Shown: positions 1 through 8,900, counted from the first letter of the stretch. The stretch is DNA of 15,673 bases from Amoeboradix gromovi X-113 (GCA_018985225.1 JADGIF010000185.1:1-15673); one strand, 5' to 3'. Numbers and translations are program-made. The notes: a model not told the origin generated them from the letters alone.

Positions 1-107
1 GCAATTGTCATTTGGAGATAGATAGAGGCCATACCGCAGCAAGGAACAAATACACCAAGTATCTTCATCCTTATTCAATCCCGCCTAAATGTAGTGAAAG
101 TGTTAGT
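1..107 (+). pseudogene. Fanzor2/TnpB C-terminal remnant plus start of element right end (copy A), truncated by window edge
   Basis: Frame 3 reads NCHLEIDRGHTAARNKYTKYLHPYSIPP: end of the Zn ribbon plus the RuvC-III motif DRDxxAARN, with the catalytic Asp replaced by Gly. Bases 66-86 (catccttattcaatcccgcct) are a 21/21 match to the reverse complement of 8579-8599. Confidence 0.85.
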
Positions 108-210
108 ATTGCCTTACTTGCCTTCAGTTATGCAATGCGAATCGATACCTAATTATCCCAAACTATACACTAGGGGAAATAGCAAGAAATCCTAGGAGTG
201 CTCGTGCAAC

Positions 211-1404
211 ATGCTCTTATTTCATATCTTAAGCTTTTGCAGAAGCACGAATTGTAAAATAAAAGCCAGGTTATATCGGGATTACGTCTTTGATAATGCT
301 GGGACTTCTATTAGGCAGGATTTTGAAGGATTAGGTGATCAGTATTTCACTTGCCTCTATAATTTGCAGTCTGGCTGTACATTGAATGTGACTAATTCCA
401 TAGTAAAGCTTTTCGCTCTTTTGCCTTCAGGTAATCCTCATTTTTTAGAACAGTGCTTGGCAGAGTTAAAATCTGAAATGCAAATACTAGTTGAGCCCCC
501 TGAGGTTTATCATGCTTTAGAAAGTGATCCCTTAAAGTCTTGTTCAAGTAACCCAGAGCAAAAGCGACTTACTAAGAGGCATTTAATCCGGACAAATCTT
601 TCAGCACTTATCCTGTATGCTTTGGACGGAGAAGTTGGAGATTTACTTTCGATTCACAATAAGGTATTATTGAATATTATCGTCATAGCAGTAAACAACT
701 GCTTTAATTACTCGATAAATAGAGCTGGACTCGGTGTTGCTTACATACAATTCCATTTTAGCATCAAAGTTTCCGCCGATGACTACATTCAACTACTTTC
801 AAATAAGTCTGCTTATAAAAAGTATTGGAAAAGTCTCAAGGACTTCAACACTAGAGACATGAAAGCAGTCATGAAAGACGAGCCAATACTAAATCTCTAC
901 AATCGTCAAAATGAGGTTGATAGGAAATTGTATTACCAACTTCTCTTTGGCATCCTCAAGAAATGCTTTCAATTTATAAAAAAAGACAGTACTGAAAACC
1001 TTCGAAATCTGTTGACCAAGTACTTGAAAAGCATAAAGAAAATAAAAGATGTAGAATTACAGAATTCTGAACACTTGTTAGGTATTGGGTTTTTAATTCT
1101 GAAGAGATTTGGAAACAAAAATGACGCAATGGCAGCAATGGCAGCACTGACATTTAATTCGTCTCCAAAAAATGAACAAGGTACGGAAACCTTTAGATAT
1201 AAATTTATAATGAGGCTGAATAAGTTCCTTGAAAGTTGCAGTATATGTTACAATTCATTGATCGATAACACAGATGCAGTCTCGCTGCTACAATGTAATC
1301 ATATCTTTCATAATAAATGCATCAGCGAATGGTTAGAGAAAGAGAATACTTGCCCGCTATGCAGAGCCGAAGTTCAGAGTAATACTCATATTGATTGCAT
1401 TTGA
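211..1404 (+). CDS. C-terminal RING-H2 (C3H2C3) zinc-finger protein, putative E3 ubiquitin ligase; N-terminal ~340 aa unrecognised
   Basis: 397-aa open frame ending in CSIC...CNHIFHNKCISEWLEKENTCPLCR, with canonical RING-H2 spacing and the conserved Trp. Start codon uncertain. Confidence 0.85.
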   Translation: MLLFHILSFCRSTNCKIKARLYRDYVFDNAGTSIRQDFEGLGDQYFTCLYNLQSGCTLNVTNSIVKLFALLPSGNPHFLEQCLAELKSEMQILVEPPEVYHALESDPLKSCSSNPEQKRLTKRHLIRTNLSALILYALDGEVGDLLSIHNKVLLNIIVIAVNNCFNYSINRAGLGVAYIQFHFSIKVSADDYIQLLSNKSAYKKYWKSLKDFNTRDMKAVMKDEPILNLYNRQNEVDRKLYYQLLFGILKKCFQFIKKDSTENLRNLLTKYLKSIKKIKDVELQNSEHLLGIGFLILKRFGNKNDAMAAMAALTFNSSPKNEQGTETFRYKFIMRLNKFLESCSICYNSLIDNTDAVSLLQCNHIFHNKCISEWLEKENTCPLCRAEVQSNTHIDCI

Positions 1405-1933
1405 ATGTCAGTATCAAAACAATTCTTATTAATATTAGATGATAAACATCTAATCATAGATGCTTCATTACCTATACTGCGATGACAATTGGCCGAGTTC
1501 ATAAATTTATCTGAAGCATTCTAAGCCATGGATCAACCTGTCTCGACAATAAAAAATTGGAGGCCACAAATTTGAATAAACTAAGAAAACTCGTTTGTCT
1601 TTGGAAAGACACTCAAAATTATTCAATTTAGTGATCAAGTCATTTATAGTGGTTTCATGACCTCTATATTGAAAATTTTCCTCTTTTTGAGTCTTTTGAA
1701 TCAAATTTAATCAAAGTAATCATTCAAAAAGTCCTAGAGCCAAATGGAAGCAAAGAGCTTATATTTCAATATATCTAGCATTCTTCAATCTACAGGGTAG
1801 AGTATGTGTGAGTAATCACTATAACAGCGTGACAAGTACTGCTTGATACACTCTAAATACTTGGTTTGCTATCAAGTCAGCGTAAGATTATGTTGAATAA
1901 ATTATTTATTGAGATTTTTTTGAATTTTTATAT

Positions 1934-2130
1934 TATTACATGAATTTTCCAGATTTTTCCAATACTTTAAACACTAGATATTCATTTTCACAAGTGGTAA
2001 ATGGAATACATGGATGCAATCCCGCCTCAAGGAAGTGAAAGCGTGAGCAATCACTTTAACGGAGTAAGCGCTGCTAGTTTCTCTGTGGCAATTCTCCAAT
2101 TTCTTGGAAATCAGGACTTTTAACAAGGAA
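1934..2130 (+). mobile_element. Non-autonomous mini-element of the IS607/Fanzor2 family (copy B): left end fused to right end, no coding sequence
   Basis: 1945-2022 aligns with the reverse complement of 8946-9026 (exact blocks ttttccagatttttc and tggtaaatggaata). 2017-2130 aligns with the reverse complement of 8475-8589 (exact 21-mer gtgaaagcgtgagcaatcact and gaaatcaggactt). Left boundary approximate. Confidence 0.8.
2017..2130 (+). ncRNA. Putative Fanzor omegaRNA scaffold (copy B right end)
   Basis: Homologous to the segment directly 3' of the RuvC-III motif in copies A and C, where TnpB/Fanzor omegaRNAs are encoded. Contains the hairpin GTGA-GCAA-TCAC (GNRA loop) at 2043-2054. Expression not shown. 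Confidence 0.5.
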
Positions 2131-2141
2131 TATTTAAAATT

Positions 2142-2878
2142 TCAATGTATCCTGTTGACTGTAGCCTTAAAAAGGCTATGACTAAATAGCTCGTGTATTA
2201 TGGGAAAAGTCCTAAGTTCGTATACCGATTTATTGTATGTAACTTGGCTACTTTTGTTCAATACCCTTAGCAAAGTGCTGGTTACAATTAGTTTAAACAA
2301 ATTAACTTGACTAGTTTTGTAATATTTATTGAAGCATATTATGAATAGTCGCAATCGGAATAGGTCAACCTTGACCAATTTATTTGCTGCAGTGAGATTG
2401 TGTACAACTACGGAGTATGCATTTCATAGTAAGCAGCTCCTGCTTTTTATTTTCCAAGGAATTTATGGATGTCAATAGAAGCGATTTACTTTTGCCTACA
2501 AACTTTATAGCTTCATCAAGCAGTTTTACAGCAACCGGCTCATCCGAATATTTGTATTTTGTAAATAGATTAATAAACGCGATATTAGTCTTGATTGAAT
2601 CAAAGTTGTAGTCAAGTGAACATGGCTTAAAAGACTATTAACTGAAAATTATTTTGGAGTGTTTGTGAATCTAAGCCGACCTCAAATAAGAAATTGTCAT
2701 TTTCTTAAATAATGATGCATCGCATGATAGATTAAAAAGAGGCCCGAGTCTCGCATCCCAGTATGCAGCTCAAGGTCAATATGCATAAGAAATTCATCTG
2801 CTGAATTTATTAAAGTTATGTATGATTCATGAGAGGTTTAACATCTGGCGGTAGCTGTACACTGAGACTAGAGGCCAT
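2142..2878 (-). pseudogene. Possible decayed orphan gene
   Basis: Protein-like minus-strand segments broken by stops and frameshifts (MASSLSVQLPPDVKPL from 2878; CSLDYNFDSIKTNIAFINLFTKYKYSDEPVAVKLLDEAIKF...; ORF 2142-2378). No family recognised. Confidence 0.3.
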
Positions 2879-2961
2879 CGTGCTTAGCAGAAGGGCCCTG
2901 GTACCTGAGAAATACCTATTCTAATTTTGTGTCTACTTTGTGAGATGCTGATCACCTACAA

Positions 2962-3984
2962 TCATTTACTAGTAACATACGTGCCGTTGTTCATTTCTTT
3001 AATTATCGCAGTATAGTCTATTCTAGCGCTACTAGATATTTTTGGTATGCTCTTGTTCACAGACTTTGTCAGATCTTCTACCTTTGGTGTGCTACCAGGC
3101 TTTTGAGTTATCTTTTTAAGCAACTGCCCTTCTCTACCATTTCTTCCAAATAAGGAATTATTATTACCACGACCAACCATCCTGCACTTTGCATATATCA
3201 ATTTGTGTTCAGTATGTTGGAACATTTTGATACAAAAGTCGCAAATATCGAGTCTTGATAGAAGCACCAGCGTACATGTACTTGGATTGCCCTTGTTTAC
3301 ATCGTATAGATAGTACTGAAGGAAATATTCACTCTGATGCACAATAGTAGGATAAGTAGTATTTTTGTTTGGGAATCTCTATCGCAAATCTTTGAAACTA
3401 AAACTCCGAAATCCACGATATTCTTAAAACTCTCCAACTTTGTCGGACAAATATCCTTAGCAACGTCATGAATTTTCTTTAAATCAAATGCATTGCTGTC
3501 AAACTTTTTATCAAGTGCAATTAATTTTCTTAGAGCTTCGTTTAAGCCTTTGTCAATCTCGTTTATGCATCTCCGAATATCTGTTAGTTTAATACATGTA
3601 TTGTACTTTGGAATCGCATCATTAAACTTTTTAAATAAACGCTGCGAGTCCAATTGATATCTGCCTTGTTTTTTTACCTTTTGTCTCTTCTGTCGAGCCA
3701 TTTGCCCATGGAATAAAGACGCACTCTGCGACATTCTTCGGCTTACAACCTACTATAAAATATTCTTTCATTGGTATCAACACACCATATTTGTCGCAAT
3801 AGAAAGCAATAACAGAACTGCATTTTGAGTCTTTCTTAATGGAGTCGAAATGAGAATTTGACTCCATCTCAATTCTTTGGAAGTTCCTGTAATTATCTTT
3901 GCCTATATCCATCTGCAAAATTAGTGGATCTGTGTCGTTCAGAGTTTTTTGGAATCTCTTTGAGTGCAAGGTTGGCAATAGCAT
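2962..3984 (-). pseudogene. Frameshifted orphan gene (three overlapping ORFs: 3631-3984, 3297-3734, 2962-3342)
   Basis: Three consecutive same-strand ORFs overlap by about 45-100 nt in different frames, as expected for one Lys-rich gene of ~340 codons with two frameshifts. No domain recognised. Confidence 0.5.
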
Positions 3985-4016
3985 TGAAAAGTTATCATAG
4001 TTCCCGTAGTGTCAAG

Positions 4017-4787
4017 ATGAGCTGCTCTCTCAAAACCAAAATAGATGAAGCCTTGAATGAGATAACCTTTAAAAATTTAAGAGATTGCCTGGGTAGCATT
4101 CCCAACGATCAACTTGAGGTTGCGGAGCCTCAAGATATCATCACTCTGATAACAATGAATAACCCAAAGGACTTGTTGCTAGCAAAGCTTTTTATTAAGC
4201 AAGTATTCAAAAAGGATCAGTCTCCAAAAATTTCCATTAAATCTGACAAAAATAAGTCAATATCCTTGGATTATCAAGGCAAGTGTCAATCCAGTGCATT
4301 TAAACAGCAAAACGAAGATTTCATAAACTTCAATGACATAATGAGATCTTTAAGCAAATTTGCTACTCCAAATCTTGTTTATTTGAACTTCAGTCAAAGT
4401 TACTTGCTTGAAGAAGATTTGGGGATTATTATTAATATTTTAAATGATTATAAAAATATTGAAGCGATTGATCTTGAAGCCAACAGAATTAATTTGGACG
4501 GAACTCGGCAACTTAAACGTTTGGACGACATTTTCCTCCGCAACAAAAGCGTCCAAATCAACTTTAATGGCAATTATTGCGAAACTGATGGAAAAGTACT
4601 TAAACACGTCTACGGAGAAAAGGATAGCGCGCTGGCAAAGGGATACATTTGGATATATGAATCCTGGCTAAGTGGGGAGGGCTGGAAAGAACTTTTGAAG
4701 GTATTCGAATTAGAAGCATTAGCTGAAGAAATTGAAAGATCACATAGAAAATTCTTTGAAACAAGAAATAAATATAGCCATACGTAA
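4017..4787 (+). CDS. Leucine-rich-repeat (RI-like) protein, 256 aa
   Basis: First in-frame ATG is at 4017 (the track starts at TTG 3858). LRR-like units: NLVYLNFSQSYL, NIEAIDLEANRI, SVQINFNGNYC. Trp-rich C-terminal cap YIWIYESWLSGEGW. Confidence 0.7.
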   Translation: MSCSLKTKIDEALNEITFKNLRDCLGSIPNDQLEVAEPQDIITLITMNNPKDLLLAKLFIKQVFKKDQSPKISIKSDKNKSISLDYQGKCQSSAFKQQNEDFINFNDIMRSLSKFATPNLVYLNFSQSYLLEEDLGIIINILNDYKNIEAIDLEANRINLDGTRQLKRLDDIFLRNKSVQINFNGNYCETDGKVLKHVYGEKDSALAKGYIWIYESWLSGEGWKELLKVFELEALAEEIERSHRKFFETRNKYSHT

Positions 4788-5346
4788 ATTTGCAGCCCAA
4801 AGACCTGTTCCCATTCCTCTTTAGCACATATTTTAATTTGTACAGGTTGATATTTCGCAACAGTTTCTTTTTGTTAAAATAGTTTGCCTTGCATATTAAA
4901 ATGTAGGATGGCCGCTTTACTCAATAGCGAATAAAATTTGAGTTGTTCTTAACATTTACGACTGCAACAACTAGGTTTGGTGCTGTTATTAGTCGGAATT
5001 AGAAAATTTATCGGAATTTAATTTAATAAATGATATATCGTTATTGCATGAATTTTACCACTCCGCACTACTCCCGTTCTGTAGTTTTCTAATTGGATAG
5101 CAGTTCTGTAATCATGTCAGCAGCGCTTGAAGAACACGTGTAAACATAAATGAAAGATATTGACCGCTGAAGATTAGTCTGGGTTGTTCCAAAATAGACA
5201 GTTCTTAAAATAAACGATTTTGTAGCATACATATTATAGTAATATTATTGCATTTTCAATATACATGCAGACGGCATTTGTTTCTTTTTTCATTTAATAA
5301 TGGTTTCAGAGGAATACAATGCAGAGATATTATGCGAAATTGAAAG

Positions 5347-5938
5347 AACTCGAAGTTTGTCAGAGTTGCTACAGTCAAGAAGGAATTCGATGTTTCCCGA
5401 TACGCAGTCGCGATGATGGGCAGTGGAAGGAAAGATCGAGTATATCAAGACGCCAGAGGGAAATGGATTGCACTCAACCAATAACATTAGACACCTGTTG
5501 GGATAATGCAGCGTCGAAGAGAAAAAGAATTCATTTGTATACTGCAGAGTTAGCTCCCAACACCAAAAGGAAGATCTCGAGCACCAGGTACTTTGAATGC
5601 AAGAGCGGTGTCCAGGTACTGAAAGCATCAAGGATGTAGGATTTGGAGTCAATTTCAAGCGACATGGATTTGCAAGACTCCTCAAGCTTGTACAGGAGAA
5701 CGCGGTGGGGAAAATCACGATTGCATACAAAGACTGATTGTGCCGCTTCAGATACGAGTTACTTGAAGACTTCTGTAGATATCATGGAACTGAAATCGTG
5801 GTTCTCAATGCGACCGAAAATGACCCCGGTCGAGAGCTCGCTGACGACTTACTTACCATCTGTAATGTCTTTGTTGTAACCAAACATGGACGAAGAGCTG
5901 CGAGAAACAAAAAGAAAGACGAAAAGCGGTTTGGATAA
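5347..5938 (+). pseudogene. tnpA: IS607-family serine recombinase/transposase TnpA (MerR-type HTH plus resolvase catalytic domain), inactivated
   Basis: Frame 1 gives KFVRVATVKKEFDVS. After a +1 shift near 5396, frame 2 gives R*WAVEGKIEYIKTPEG...FVYCRVSSQHQKEDLEHQ...KDVGFGVNFKRHG...IAYKD*LCRFRYELL...ELADDLLTICNVF...HGRR. These match the IS607 TnpA motifs (YxRVSS with catalytic Ser at 5552-5554, DxGSGxNxxR, DRLxRFG, ELxxDL). Stops at 5414, 5504, 5594 and 5735. Confidence 0.92.
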
Positions 5939-6168
5939 TTGAACAAGAGCAAATAAAATCCTGGTAATGCGGTTATAATAACCAAAGAGATATCAATCAA
6001 GGTAAGAATATGCCTAAATGATATCCACACAAGTTGTCTAAACTTAGAGTAATGTGAACTCTGAAATATTCCAAATCTTCGCAATTAACGTAGGCGGTAG
6101 TGATTCCATACGCAATATAATAATCCATTACCGAAAAATGTGCAAAAGTTTACTTTAAAGATAATAAT

Positions 6169-8446
6169 TTATTCACATTTTAGGAATTCCTCCATATGCT
6201 TATTAGTTTGTTTTATCCAATCTGTTACTGACTTGTCGTCGTTGATCATATAGCCATCATACCATCCGATTGTCAATGTTCCATCTTCCAATTTTGATGT
6301 TTGATTTCTATCAACCATGACTATCGTTAAATCAGGTTGAAAACACTCATTGATCGAAATATCGTATCCAGAAATCTCAAATAATTGATTTCGACATGCA
6401 ATGAGGATTTCAGGACTGATGTCTTCTGTTTTAATGCACACTTTTACACACGGTCTAAGATCCAATGACTCAAGTGTGCCTTTTACCATTGTATCTAGAT
6501 TAAATAAACCAAATGGTGCTAACTCATATCTGATTTCCTTTATACCAGTGACAGCTTTACTTTTCATTTCAGTTAGCAGATCAAATAAGAATTTGCTGGG
6601 ATAGTCCATACATATTGATTCAGGTTCCTCATTTCTCTTCAAATTTAAAACTAAACTGAGCCAGAGTCCAGATATATACTGAATTGAGTCATGTGCCATG
6701 TAAAATGTTTGCTGTAACAGCTTTTGCGCAAATTGAGTTACCTGCGGACGAAGTTCCAGGACTTGTAAGTAGTCTTGAATCAAGCAATCAAACACTTGCG
6801 GATAAAGTTCTACTGTAAAAGATAGCAAGTCAATCATATGTCTACTGTTCAATTCCTTGTACCCATTTTCTTTAAAATGGTAAAACAAACTCAGAATGAC
6901 CAGTCTGAATCAAACGGACAATCGGTTTTAAATTTTCGAACCCACTGTTCAAGATCTACTGACCGACCCACAATTCTATCCTCTATTACAGACTGATCGT
7001 ACCTAACATCACTGACTCCCAACTCTTTTAATAAAACTATTGAATATATCTCACTTATATCTTTAATGGTAGCCTGTTTATGGTAGTTTAGATTTAGTTG
7101 ATATCGTGATAATACTTTTGAAATACGATTTCTAATAGTCAAGATATTCTGCATAACAGAAGAAATGCCCTGCACAATAAATGTATCCAACTTTCTGATA
7201 ATTTTCATATCCTTTTCTTGCAGCAACTCTTTAAACTCGTCTGCTATTTCTGTATCAATCAAGCTTAAAAATAGATCTGCAGTATCATGACTAGCGAATG
7301 GACCACAGCCAATTCCATGGCTTTCATTCCCCTTCATTCCTCTAATTGCCTTCTCAAAGGACTCTCCAATATTTTGCAGTTGAAGGGCCTTTCTAAATAG
7401 TGTCCATGAAATCGCGTGTGAATAAATGGAAGAATAAAAAGACTGTATGTTGAAAACAAAGCAAGTCCAACTAGATGAAAGTTGATCATGAAGATTTATC
7501 ATGAAATATAGCAGCTTATATCTATTTGATTCTGGCAGCTTTTCAAGAGAGTATATTATCGCATCAGATGAATCTTTTATTTTAAAATGATTAGAATTTG
7601 GAGCGAATACATCAGGGATTCTAGGAATTGAATAAATACCAAAACGCAACGATGATGCGATGTGTAGTCTAGAGGATATTCTTAAATAATGGCTTTTAAA
7701 AGAGTTGGCGAGATCCTCCATATGAGACGGATGTACGATAACACATAATAATTCATCCAAATACGTTAATTTACCCTTGTACAAGCGAATAACTGCGTAG
7801 TAGTTTTCATTTTCCATCGACTTGGTTTTTATTACAGGCGAATTGAAGCATTTGGGCATGTTATCTGGGAAACAAATTGAGTACCTTTCTGAGAAATCAG
7901 TAAAGTCAATTTCATCTTTCCATTGTTCAGGATTAGTTTGAGCTTCTAATATTTCTTGAAATCCCTCTACTAACTTTGAACATTTGAGATTGTCTATACC
8001 ATGCATATTTTGGCGCAATAAATTAAGTTGTTCAAATTTATTCCAATCGATAGCTTCTTCAATATTGAACTTCAAAAGATCTTTTGCAGACTCAACTGTA
8101 TCATATTGCTTAGATTCTTTTCGAAATTGAAGAATCGAGATTATCTTTTCTTTTTCTTTTGTATTATTTCTGGACATTGGCAACGTTTCAGGAAGTAACA
8201 TTGGAAACAGAAAAGAGTTGTTTAATGCTTTCATTATTAGCAAAGTAGGGTTAGAATAGCAGACTCAAACGGCTCAATTGTGCATCCATTTTGATCTACT
8301 ATATGTAATGCATTTGCAAGATTGTAGCATTGTAGCACCATATCTGTAATATAAATCTTGCTACTACCACATGTATGTCTAATGTCACGGACTGTACAAA
8401 ATTCAGGAAAGATCTTGCGACGCGTGTACCATTCTTCCAATTGCAT
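6169..8446 (-). pseudogene. Large orphan gene (~750 codons) split by frameshifts (ORFs 8237-8446, 6891-8243, 6169-6888)
   Basis: Three abutting same-strand ORFs. Adding one T at ~6909 (gattc to gatttc on the minus strand) fuses ...KTDCPFD to FRLVILSLFYHFKENG.... Could be a pseudogene or a sequencing indel. No domain recognised. Confidence 0.55.
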
Positions 8447-8474
8447 GTTACATCAGTGCCTCTATAATTACCAG

Positions 8475-8599
8475 TTCCTCGTTAGAAGTCCTGATTTCTG
8501 AGAAAGTCGAGAACTTCCAGGGAAACTAGCAGGGCTAGATGCTCCGTTACAGTGATTGCTCACGCTTTCACCACACTGAGGCGGGATTGAATAAGGATG
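8475..8599 (-). ncRNA. Putative Fanzor omegaRNA scaffold (copy C right end)
   Basis: Lies between RuvC-III and the element end and is conserved in copies A, B and D. Hairpins GTGA-GCAA-TCAC (8552-8563) and CTAGC-CCT-GCTAG (8526-8538). Confidence 0.55.
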
Positions 8600-8900
8600 C
8601 CTATACTTGTATATGTTCCTTGTTGCCATATGGTCTCGATCTATCTACGAATGATACTTTGTACAAGTGTAGGTTTCTAAGTTGGGTTTTCTTTAGAGTA
8701 CCACACCTTGTACATGTCTGACTAGTAAATTCTTCATTAAATTCAACCATCGTCTTTCCTCTTTGTTTGCACTTGAACTTCAAGCGTAACTTGAATGTGT
8801 AATGGGACATTGTGGCCATGTTTCTTGCGACCTTGCTCGACAAGCTACTTATCATTTGAATAGTATTAGACGATGGTAAGTATATCAGATCATATGTCTT
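8600..8900 (-). pseudogene. tnpB: Fanzor2/TnpB RNA-guided nuclease C-terminal fragment (RuvC-II, Zn ribbon, RuvC-III)
   Basis: KTYDLIYLPSSNTIQMISSLSSKVARNMATMSHYTFKLRLKFKCKQRGKTMVEFNEEFTSQTCTRCGTLKKT, then a frameshift at ~8683, then LETYTCTKYHS*IDRDHMATRNIY. CxxC at 8703-8714; DRD motif at 8633-8641. Confidence 0.92.

Noticed and set aside
1507-1704. 65-aa minus-strand ORF; likewise 2417-2611, 4444-4671, 4600-4860 and 6401-6604
   Set aside because: Short, without motifs, and mostly overlapping better-supported frames or starting at non-ATG codons.
5414-5737. Stop-codon reassignment (TGA or TAA as sense) making tnpA intact
   Set aside because: tnpA also has a frameshift and missense hits in conserved motifs. 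TGA ends the RING gene and TAA ends GLTP at the expected positions, and CCH1 has no internal stops over 1474 codons.
5319-5879. ORF-track proteins 5319-5639 (+), 5643-5879 (+), 5290-5730 (-) and 5782-6084 (-)
   Set aside because: Shadow frames of the tnpA pseudogene; the conserved motifs lie in the stop-interrupted frame 2.
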